Shown here: positions 1 to 9,000 of the stretch, piece after piece
Numbering within the stretch: the stretch's first letter is position 1
Layout of the letters: each line of letters opens with the position of its first letter
Assembly (NCBI GenBank): GCA_944393735.1
Contig: CALYBE010000001.1
Coordinates: forward strand, 1-60,797
DNA: 60,797 nt
Source of the DNA: an uncultured Clostridia bacterium
GTDB taxonomy: Bacteria; Bacillota; Clostridia; TANB77; CAG-508
Direction of reading: 5' to 3'
Notes under the pieces: generated by a model
Databases searched by the model: none
Seen by the model: only the letters and a program-made list of their open reading frames with translations
What the model was told of the DNA's origin: nothing
Program-made: the position numbers and the translations under genes

Positions 1-606
1 TTAATAAAGGCTGTAGAAAAATTTGATTATACAAAAGGATTCAAATTCAGTACTTATGCAACATGGTGGATAAGACAGGCAATAACAAGAGCAATAGCAG
101 ACCAAGCAAGAACAATAAGAATTCCAGTTCATATGGTAGAAACAATAAATAGATTAATACGTACATCAAGACACTTATTACAACAACTAGGAAGAGAACC
201 AACCCCAGAAGAAATAGCAAAAGAAATGGAAATTCCTGTTGAAAAAGTAATGGAAATACAAAAAATTGCACAAGATCCAGTTTCATTGGAAACACCAATT
301 GGAGAAGAAGATGATAGTCATTTAGGAGATTTCATTCAAGATGAAGATTCACCAGCCCCACATGATGCTGCATCATACACATTATTAAGAGAACAATTAG
401 AAGAAGTCATGTCAACATTAACTCCGAGAGAAGCAAAAGTATTAAAATTAAGATTTGGATTAGAAGATGGAAAAGCTAGAACACTTGAGGAAGTCGGAAA
501 AGAATTTGATGTAACAAGAGAAAGAATTCGTCAAATAGAAGCAAAAGCTTTAAGAAAGCTAAGACATCCAAGTAGAAGTAAGAAACTAAGAGATTACATG
601 AATTAA
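1..606 (+). CDS. sigA: Primary RNA polymerase sigma factor (SigA/RpoD), C-terminal part; the 5' end lies outside the window
   Basis: Frame 1 is open from base 1 ([45 protein letters not shown]...). Region 4 signature [30 protein letters not shown] is present. The ORF track shows only the part after the internal Met at 133. Confidence 0.95.
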   Translation, partial: LIKAVEKFDYTKGFKFSTYATWWIRQAITRAIADQARTIRIPVHMVETINRLIRTSRHLLQQLGREPTPEEIAKEMEIPVEKVMEIQKIAQDPVSLETPIGEEDDSHLGDFIQDEDSPAPHDAASYTLLREQLEEVMSTLTPREAKVLKLRFGLEDGKARTLEEVGKEFDVTRERIRQIEAKALRKLRHPSRSKKLRDYMN

Positions 607-651
607 AAAAATAATCATCTTAAGATGTTTCAAAATTTTATGAAATACCAT

Positions 652-688
652 AAAAGCTGTTGTTATAATATGATGCAACAGCTTTTTA
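652..688 (+). terminator. Rho-independent terminator after sigA
   Basis: Inverted repeat AAAAGCTGTTG / CAACAGCTTTT followed by a T-rich tail. Confidence 0.6.
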
Positions 689-859
689 TGATATACAAAT
701 ATAATTCTAAAAATATTCACAAAAAAGACATACAAAAAATGTATAATAAAAGACATAAAACTTAAAGTAATATAAATTAGAGTCATATTTTTTATATAAA
801 ATAGAAGGCGTAATAATTATTTTAAACCATATTTTCATAAAGAAAGGAAAGAAATAAAA

Positions 860-1540
860 ATGGAAGGAACATATATTTTAGTAGTAGATGATGAATCAAG
901 AATGAGAAAACTTTTAAAAGATTTCTTATCAGTCAAAGGATATCAAATATTAGAAGCAGAAGATGGAGAAAAAGCTATTGAAGTATTTGAAGAAAACAAG
1001 AATAAGATCAAATTAATATTACTAGATGTAATGATGCCAAAACTTGATGGATGGTCAGTATTAAGAAAAATAAGACAAGAATCAAATGTACCTGTAATAA
1101 TGTTAACAGCTAGAAGCGAAGAACAAGATGAGTTATTCGGATTTGAACTTGGAGTAGATGAATATATTGCAAAACCATTTAGTCCTAAAATACTAGTAGC
1201 AAGGGTTGAAGCAATTTTAAAAAGAGTATATGGAGATGCAAAACAAGTAAAAGACTATGATGGAATAGTTATTAACCAAGAAGGAAGAACAGTAACAGTA
1301 GATGGAAAACAAGTAGATTTGAGTTTGAGAGAATATGAACTTTTAAAATACTTATTAGATAATGAAAATATTGCTCTATCAAGAGATAAAATCCTAAATA
1401 ATGTATGGAATTATGATTATTATGGAGATTCAAGAACTATAGACAGTCACATTAAAAAAATAAGACACAAATTAGGTAAAAAAGGAAAATACATACAAAC
1501 AATAAGAGGAATAGGATATAAATTTGAAATAAAGAAATGA
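860..1540 (+). CDS. OmpR/PhoB-family two-component response regulator
   Basis: Receiver domain (ILVVDDE, LLDVMMPKLDG, AKPF) plus a winged-helix output domain (LSLREYELLKYL, IQTIRGIGYKF). Confidence 0.9.
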   Translation: MEGTYILVVDDESRMRKLLKDFLSVKGYQILEAEDGEKAIEVFEENKNKIKLILLDVMMPKLDGWSVLRKIRQESNVPVIMLTARSEEQDELFGFELGVDEYIAKPFSPKILVARVEAILKRVYGDAKQVKDYDGIVINQEGRTVTVDGKQVDLSLREYELLKYLLDNENIALSRDKILNNVWNYDYYGDSRTIDSHIKKIRHKLGKKGKYIQTIRGIGYKFEIKK

Positions 1541-1550
1541 GGAATTTAAA

Positions 1551-3062
1551 TTGGGAGGAATAAAAAGAAGCGCTAAATCAGTTAGAGGAAAATTATTTCT
1601 TACACTATGTGTTGTAGTAATATCAATAATTCTATTCTTAATAATAGTAAACAGCTTTGTATTAGAAAAATATTATCAATTAACAAAAAGTAATACATTA
1701 AAATCTGTATATAACACAATAAATTTATACTATAGCGGAAAAATACAAGTAGACAGTATTCCAGATGAATTAGATAAAATATCTATAAGAAACGATTTTG
1801 ATATTATAGTAAAAGATGAAAATGGTGTAGCAATTTATTTATCTAATAAAGACTTTTTATTAAATATAAGAAAAATTATAGACTTTTGGGGAATGGATAG
1901 AATGCAAGAGTCAAGTTTAGTTGAAGAAACAGACAAAATAGAAATAAGAAAAATTAGTGATACAGAAACTAAAATAACATATATGTTATTAACAGGAAAA
2001 CTAGACAATGGATATATAACATATATTAGGCTACCTTTATCCTCAATTGAAGAAAGTGTAAGAATATCTAACAGGTTTTTATACTTAATTGCTAGTATTG
2101 TAATAATTGTAGGTGGATTTGCTATAACATATATATCTAAGCAGTTCAGTAAACCTATTTCAGAAATAAGTGCAATTGCAAAGAAAATGTCTAATTTAGA
2201 TTTTAGCCAAAAATACATGGTAACAGATGATGATGAAATAAATGAACTTGGCGAAAGTATAAATGTTATGTCAGAAAAACTAGAGAAAACTATAAATCAA
2301 TTAAGAAATACAAATATAGAGCTTGAAAGAGATATTGAGAAAAAATCAAAAATAGATGAAATGAGGAAAAGCTTTATTTCTGACGTTTCACATGAATTAA
2401 AAACTCCAATTGCATTGATTCAAGGATATAGTGAAGGTCTTGTCGAAAATGTAAACTCTGATCCAGAAAGTAGAAAATTTTATGCTGAAGTAATTTTAGA
2501 TGAAGCAGGAAAAATGGACAAGCTTGTAAGACAGTTAATTGAGTTAACTAGACTTGAATATGAAAAAAGAGAATTCAATAATAGAATATTTAATATTGTA
2601 GAATTGGAAAAAGAAATTGTTAGAAGCTCTAAAGTTATGCTAGAAGAAAAAAATGTACAAGTTGAGTTTGATACAGAAGAGAATATCAATGTATTTGCAG
2701 ATGATTTTTATATTAGTCAAATTATAACCAACTACTTAACTAATGCAATTAAACATGTTAAAGAGATTAACGGAGAGAAGCATATAAAAATAACTAATAC
2801 TGTTTTACCAGAAAAAAATAAGGTTAAAATAACTGTATTTAATACAGGTGATAATATTGCTAAAGAAAATTTATCTCGTATTTGGAATAGATTTTTCAAG
2901 GTAGATGAAGCTCGTAATAGAGAAGATGGTGGAAGCGGAATAGGTCTTTCTATTGTTAGAGCTATAATGAATAATTATGGAAATGACTTTGGGGTTGAAA
3001 ACAAAGTTGATGGAGTTGAGTTCTATTTTGAAGTTGATATGACTGATGCAAAGAAAGAATAA
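1551..3062 (+). CDS. Membrane sensor histidine kinase, cognate to the preceding regulator
   Basis: N-terminal TM segments are present. H-box SHELKTPI and ATP-binding boxes (NAIKH, GGSGIGLSIV) are present. TTG start lies 5 nt after GAGGA and 10 nt after the regulator gene. Confidence 0.9.
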   Translation: MGGIKRSAKSVRGKLFLTLCVVVISIILFLIIVNSFVLEKYYQLTKSNTLKSVYNTINLYYSGKIQVDSIPDELDKISIRNDFDIIVKDENGVAIYLSNKDFLLNIRKIIDFWGMDRMQESSLVEETDKIEIRKISDTETKITYMLLTGKLDNGYITYIRLPLSSIEESVRISNRFLYLIASIVIIVGGFAITYISKQFSKPISEISAIAKKMSNLDFSQKYMVTDDDEINELGESINVMSEKLEKTINQLRNTNIELERDIEKKSKIDEMRKSFISDVSHELKTPIALIQGYSEGLVENVNSDPESRKFYAEVILDEAGKMDKLVRQLIELTRLEYEKREFNNRIFNIVELEKEIVRSSKVMLEEKNVQVEFDTEENINVFADDFYISQIITNYLTNAIKHVKEINGEKHIKITNTVLPEKNKVKITVFNTGDNIAKENLSRIWNRFFKVDEARNREDGGSGIGLSIVRAIMNNYGNDFGVENKVDGVEFYFEVDMTDAKKE

Positions 3063-3146
3063 AATTTAATAATAAAGAGACTATCGTGAAAGTTGCGTAA
3101 ATCGGAAGGGAACCCGATATACACAACTTTTTCTATACTCTCAAAA

Positions 3147-3178
3147 TAAAAACGAGATTTTTTAAAATCTCGTTTTTT
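3147..3178. terminator. Bidirectional hairpin terminator (kinase gene on +; ancestral tRNA-Gln terminator on -)
   Basis: AACGAGATTTT / AAAATCTCGTT stem is flanked by an A-run and a T-run, and abuts the left island repeat. Confidence 0.55.
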
Positions 3179-3190
3179 GGTTGGGCTGGC
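3174..3190. repeat. Island-distal att direct repeat (attL-like)
   Basis: TTTTTGGTTGGGCTGGC is identical to 16494-16510. It duplicates the last 13 nt of tRNA-Gln plus 4 nt. Confidence 0.85.
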
Positions 3191-3278
3191 AAAATATCTT
3201 TTGTAGGAAATGCTCGAATTTTCAGGATTTATAGGTTTTAACTTAAGTTTTTCATGCAATTTTCATGCGATTTAAAAA

Positions 3279-4739
3279 TTAAGATGTTTTTTCTTGAAAT
3301 AAATTATATTTGTTTTTTATTTTGTCTAGAACTTCATATAGTACTTTTTTATCTAAGTCATCCAAACAAGTATTGCTAACTGATTGTTTTAGTTTATTAA
3401 GTTCTATACTAATTATTTTATCTTGATCTAGTTTTGAATAATTTAATCCTAATTCATTTAAATAATTTTCACTTTTTGCATTGTATTTGTTTTTGTATTC
3501 TGCAAAAGCATCAAAATAAGTATTTAAAGTCACTTCAATATCTTTGTGGCCTAATAGACACTTAAGAACCTCGGCTGGCATACCTGATTCTATTTTTCTT
3601 GTAGCATATGTATGTCTTAAAACATATTGAGTTTCATTCCAACCACTTCCTATATTATTTTTTTTACAAAATCTTTTAAAAGCACTATTAGAAGCGGAAA
3701 TTGATATAAAATTATTATCCCAAAATAAAAGATTATATTTATTTTCTTTCCTTTGAGCTAATAGTTCTTTGATTATTAATTTAGCATCATTATTTAAGTC
3801 AATAATTCTATCGCCAGAATATGTTTTAGTAGTATCTCCTAATATTGTTTTTCCATTCTTATCGTGTGTTAGTGTATTTTTAATATATATTTTATTTTCT
3901 GCAAAGTTAATATTGTTAATGTCAATAGCATAAACCTCTCCTGGTCTTAGTCCTAAATTTAACATTAATAGCCATGCTAATTTATATTTATTACTAGTTT
4001 CTTTTTTTATAGATTCAATAAATTTTTTTTGCTCAGATATAGTAAAAGCTTTTACTTTTTCAGTTTTGCATTTTGATTTTGGCCTTCTAAATTCATCTTT
4101 ATCATCTAGCGGATTTAAAATCAAAATTTTTTTTCGAACAGCTTTTATAAATGTAGCATTGAGTAAACCATAATCTTTTCCTATTACTGAATCAGAATAA
4201 GATGTTATATATTTTAAATATTTGTGTATATCGTTGTCTGTTACTTCCTGAGCTGGTTTGTTCATAAATTCATGTTGTCCTAATCTATTTAATTTGGCTA
4301 AATTTGCAATATATGAATTATCAGTAGTGATATTTTTGTCATGTCTATCTTCTACAATTGATTTAGCAATATCATATAAAGTTATTTTTGATTTATCAAC
4401 AATGGCGTCATTATTAATTTTATTTATTGTGTCTAAATTGTTTTTTGCAGCATCTTTTTTCTTTTTTGCGTATTTGGGTGTGGTTCTAGTGCCATCCTTT
4501 TTAGTTGCTTGGCTTACGCTTCTTTCATAAATATAATATCTATCACAATATTTTAAACAATTAATGCACTGTTTACATTTGTCACATAGTTTTTTACAAT
4601 CTTCTCTATTGTTGCACAAATTTTTGTTATTACAATTTTTACAAGTTTCACATATTTCGAGATTTGAATTATCTTTCTTTATTTTTTGAATAAATTCGTA
4701 AACGGAACCTTCTCCATTAGATCTTCTTCCTTTTTTCAT
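3279..4739 (-). CDS. Tyrosine site-specific recombinase (phage-type integrase) with a Cys-rich N-terminal insert
   Basis: Catalytic signatures are present: LGLRPGEV, YVLRHTYATR, LLGHKDIEVTLNTY. The N-terminus RRSNGEGSVYEF is typical of Firmicute integrases. There are 13 Cys between residues ~31 and 66. Confidence 0.9.
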   Translation of the reverse strand: MKKGRRSNGEGSVYEFIQKIKKDNSNLEICETCKNCNNKNLCNNREDCKKLCDKCKQCINCLKYCDRYYIYERSVSQATKKDGTRTTPKYAKKKKDAAKNNLDTINKINNDAIVDKSKITLYDIAKSIVEDRHDKNITTDNSYIANLAKLNRLGQHEFMNKPAQEVTDNDIHKYLKYITSYSDSVIGKDYGLLNATFIKAVRKKILILNPLDDKDEFRRPKSKCKTEKVKAFTISEQKKFIESIKKETSNKYKLAWLLMLNLGLRPGEVYAIDINNINFAENKIYIKNTLTHDKNGKTILGDTTKTYSGDRIIDLNNDAKLIIKELLAQRKENKYNLLFWDNNFISISASNSAFKRFCKKNNIGSGWNETQYVLRHTYATRKIESGMPAEVLKCLLGHKDIEVTLNTYFDAFAEYKNKYNAKSENYLNELGLNYSKLDQDKIISIELNKLKQSVSNTCLDDLDKKVLYEVLDKIKNKYNLFQEKTS

Positions 4740-4926
4740 AAATAACCTTCTTTCTAATATTTTTACTGTTCAAAAAAATAAAAAAGTTGAACTTTTAATA
4801 AAAAAACAGGTTACCTGTGGATAAGTGGTTCGTAAAATTGAATATTTACCATTTATTACCAGATAATATCTATAAAATCATAAAAATTTAAATTTACTCT
4901 TTTTTACTGAAAAATTAATCATTTTA

Positions 4927-4955
4927 TTGACAGTTTTTTTTTTTTTTATTATAAT
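4927..4955 (+). promoter_or_regulatory. Consensus sigma-A promoter (TTGACA-17-TATAAT) with a T14 tract in the spacer
   Basis: TTGACA at 4927-4932, TATAAT at 4950-4955, and a 17-nt spacer that includes T14 (4934-4947). It lies ~55 nt upstream of the first T7SS-locus gene. Confidence 0.65.
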
Positions 4956-5007
4956 GAACTCAAAGTTATCATTATAAATGATAATAAATTATAAAGGAGG
5001 AAAAAAT

Positions 5008-5622
5008 ATGGCACAGATTATGAATGTTGATTATGAAGCAATGCCAAATCAAGCAAAACAAATGAGACAATATGCTATTGAACTTAATAATGAATTTAAA
5101 ACAGCATACTCATATATAGGAGATATGCATAACTCATGGTATGGAGTTAGATACAATGAGTTAGTAAGAGATTTTAATAACTTAGCACCACAGGTAAATA
5201 AACTATTAAATTTAGTAGTTACAGAAATTCCATTTGCATTAGAAACAATTGCAAATAATTATTCACAAGCAGATAGAGGACAAAATGCAACAACAGCAGA
5301 AGAAACAACACCAAATAGAATTGAAGATTTACCAATAATAAATGATGTGGGAATGAGATTTATAACTGAAGATGTTGCTAACACACAAAGAGCTGTAACA
5401 GAAAAATTTGAATCAGTAAAAGAATTAATGAACAAAATTGAAGCAGAATATGGAAAAGTACAATGGCAAAGTGAAGCTTCAGATAGTTTTAAGGCAAGGT
5501 TTACACAATTAAAGAATGAAATAATGTCATCAATAGAGAATATAAACATACAATTCACAAAATTAATGAATCAAACAAAACAAGATATTGAAACAACAGA
5601 AAAATCAAATACTGTTCAATAA
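5008..5622 (+). CDS. Tandem WXG100-like protein (putative T7SS substrate), paralog 1
   Basis: AAGGAGG lies 8 nt upstream of ATG 5008. The first half has W44-Y-G46 in a helix-turn-helix context. The second half has W153-Q-S followed by ASDSFKARF, a WXG100-like pattern. The protein is 204 aa, about twice the WXG100 size. Confidence 0.6.
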   Translation: MAQIMNVDYEAMPNQAKQMRQYAIELNNEFKTAYSYIGDMHNSWYGVRYNELVRDFNNLAPQVNKLLNLVVTEIPFALETIANNYSQADRGQNATTAEETTPNRIEDLPIINDVGMRFITEDVANTQRAVTEKFESVKELMNKIEAEYGKVQWQSEASDSFKARFTQLKNEIMSSIENINIQFTKLMNQTKQDIETTEKSNTVQ

Positions 5623-5625
5623 TAT

Positions 5626-5693
5626 GAAAGCACATATATGTGCTTTCTAAAGTAATATACAAATATTATTTTAGAAAGCATATATATGCTTTG
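5626..5693 (+). terminator. Two similar tandem hairpins after the WXG-like gene (attenuator or partial terminator)
   Basis: GAAAGCACATATATGTGCTTTC (5626-5647) and AAAGCATATATATGCTTT (5675-5693). Confidence 0.4.
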
Positions 5694-5721
5694 TTAGAAA
5701 AATTGAAAGGAGAATTTGACT

Positions 5722-6012
5722 ATGGAAAAAAGTTTTTTACCAATAGGTACAGTATTAAAATTAAAAGGGAGTAAAAAAAGATTAATGATAACAGGTTTTT
5801 TTCCAATTGAAAATGATAAAACAGAAGAAAATAAAAAAATGTGGGATTATAGTGGTTGTTTATATCCAGAAGGGATAATATCATCAAAAAACAATTTTTT
5901 ATTTAATCATAATCAAATAGATGAAGTTCAATTTATGGGATTTGTTGACGAAGAAGAAAAAAAATTTGAAGAAACAATGAAAAAAGCAATAGAAAAATTA
6001 TATAATAATTAA
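5722..6012 (+). CDS. DUF4176-like small protein (T7SSb-locus associated)
   Basis: The pattern LPIGTVLKLKGSKKRLMITG...WDYSGCLYPEG...FNHNQIDEVQFMGFVDEEE matches my recollection of the DUF4176 family. AAAGGAG lies 9 nt upstream of ATG 5722. Confidence 0.7.
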   Translation: MEKSFLPIGTVLKLKGSKKRLMITGFFPIENDKTEENKKMWDYSGCLYPEGIISSKNNFLFNHNQIDEVQFMGFVDEEEKKFEETMKKAIEKLYNN

Positions 6013-6031
6013 ACTAAGAGAGTGGAAAGTT

Positions 6032-9000
6032 ATGTTAGTAACACTAATTGGAAAAAATACTTTATATAAATTGAAATTACCAAATGAACATGATGGTAAT
6101 TATTGGATTAAAAATGATAATGAAACAAAGTTAGTTAATATTTTTGGAAGAAAAGATGAATGGCAAATATGTAGTAATGAACAAGTTAAAATATTGGCAC
6201 CAAAATCAATAACTTCTTTTAATATATCTAAGATAAAAGATGATCCAAAAAATATAATTAATAAAGTAGTGCTAAGAGAAGGAGGCATCTATTACTTAGC
6301 ATTAGATGCAGATCCTAATATTTTATTTATATTACTTTGTGAATCTATTTATGAAAGAAATTTTATACATTTACAAGTTACAGATTTTAAAAATATAACA
6401 ATTGGTAGAAGTCAAACGTGTGATATAGTTTATGATAATCCATTAATAGAACCATTACAAGCAAAAATTTTTTTGAATAATGAGAAATTGATGATTAAAA
6501 ACTTTGATACTAATTATGGAACTTTTTTAAATAATATACCAGTATCAAATAAGTTAAAACTACTTTTTTATGGTGAGATGATATTTATTATGGGATTAAG
6601 GATTGTAATTGTTGGAAAAAATATTTTTATAAACAATCCTTATAATAGAGTAACATACAATCATGAAAAATTTCAAATTATAAAAAATAATCATGAAATA
6701 ATTACTTCAATGGAAAAAAAAGATGAAAATGTAAAATTACTTTCAAAAGATGATTTTTTTACAAGAGCACCTAGGATAATTGGTAAGATTGAAAAGGAAA
6801 AGATAAAGATTGACCCTCCACCACAAAAGCAAGAAAAAAATGATAAACCATTAATATACATCATAGGACCAAGTATAGCAATAAGTATTGTTATGTTAAT
6901 GTCTTTGATATCAACAATAAGTGGTGCTTCAGGAGGAAATTCATCAAAAGCAAGAATAGTTATGTCAGTAATTACAATAGGTGCAATGTTAATAAGTATA
7001 ATACTTTTTCCAATATTAAACAATAAATATGAAAAAAAGAAAAAGAAAAAAAGAGAACAAAAAAGACAAAAAAAATATAAAGAATATATAGAAAAAAAAT
7101 TGGAACAAATAGATGATGTAATGCAAAAACAAAAGAATATTTTATTTGATGAATTTTTATCTTCAGAGGATTGTGCACAAATAATTTTGAATAAAGGCTC
7201 AAGACTTTGGGAGAGAAGAATAAATGATGATGATTTTCTTTCAATAAGAGTTGGATTAGGAAATGTACCATTAGAAGCTGATATAGAATATCCCAATAAA
7301 GAGTTTTCATTAGAAGAAGATAATTTGTTGGATTTAATAAAATATGTGGCAAATAAATCAAAATTGATTAAAAATGCTCCAATAGTAGTATCACTCACTT
7401 CTAAAAATATAGCAGCCTCAATCATAGAAAATGATGAAAGAAATACAGAAAAATTTATACAAAATTTAGTTATGCAATTAATAGCACTACATAGTTATGC
7501 GGATTTGAAAATAGTGTTTTTTTTAAAAAAAGGAAAACAAATAAAATGGGAACATATGCAAACGATTCCACACATTTGGGATAATCAAAGGCAGATAAGA
7601 TTTTGGGCAGATGACTATGAAGAAATGAAAGAAATATCAAGATATTTAGAGGTGGAATTTAATGAGAGAAAAAAATATGGAGATAAATTTGATTATAAAA
7701 CATTTTCTCCATACTATTTAATAATAACTGATGACTATAAAACAATTGCAAACTTAAAAATAGTTACAGAAATTTTAAGTATAAGAAAAAATATAGGGTT
7801 TAGTTTATTCTGTATAACTGATAATTTCATTAATTTACCTAATGAATGCCAATTATTTATAAGCATAGATGGAAATAAAGGGAAGATATTTGAAAACAAA
7901 ATAACAGAAACAACTCAAAATGAATTTTATTTTGATAATTCATTTACATTCTTTTTTGAAAATATGGGTCCAATATTATCGAATATACAAATAAGGGAAA
8001 ATACAACATCAAAATTTTCTTTACCAGAAAGTTATACATTTTTAGAAATGTATGATGCAGGAAGAATAGAACAATTAAATATATTACAGAAATGGAGAAC
8101 AAATGATTCAACTAAATCATTACAAGCACCTATAGGAATAGATATAAATGGTAATCAAATAGTATTAGATATACATGAAAAAGTACATGGACCACATGGC
8201 TTAATTGCTGGAAGTACCGGTTCTGGAAAGAGTGAATTAATAATAACTTATATACTGTCTTTAGCAGTAAATTATCATCCTAATGATGTTGAAATTATTT
8301 TAATAGATTATAAAGGAGGAGGACTATCAGGAGCTTTTCAAAAAGGAGATGTAAAGTTGCCTCATATAGTTGGAACAATTACAAATATAGATAAAGCAGG
8401 TTTACAAAGGTCACTTGTATCTATACAAAGTGAATTAAGAAGGAGACAAGTAAAATTTAATCAAGCACGAGAAAAAACAGATGAAGGAACAATTGATATA
8501 TATAAATATCAGAAATTATATCATGATGGACAGGTAAGTGAGCCAATACCACATTTATTAATAATTTGTGATGAATTTGCTGAATTAAAACAACAACAAC
8601 CAGATTTTATGGATGAATTAATGAGTGTCGCTAGAATAGGACGTAGTTTAGGTGTACACTTAATATTATCAACACAGAAACCAGCTGGTATAGTAAATGA
8701 CCAAATACGTAGTAATAGTAGATTTGAAATTTGTCTAAGAGTACAAGATAGGCAAGACAGTATTGATGTAATAAAAAGACCAGATGCAGCTGATATTAAA
8801 AATGCTGGACAGTTTTATATGTTAGTTGGAAATGATGAATATTTTACTTTTGGACTTTCTGCTTGGTCTGGAGCAAGTTATGAACCATCTGATATTATAA
8901 AGAAAAGTATAGATACTTCAATTAAATTTGTTTCTAATACAGGTTCTGTAATAAAAAAAATAGATGATAATCATAAAAAGGTTCCAATAAAGAAAAAAGA

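Noticed and set aside
7018-7080. A-rich run encoding KKKKKKREQKRQKK in EssC, considered as a slippage tract.
   Set aside because: The A runs are interrupted by G every few bases (longest run ~8). The region is the expected basic juxtamembrane segment after the second TM helix.
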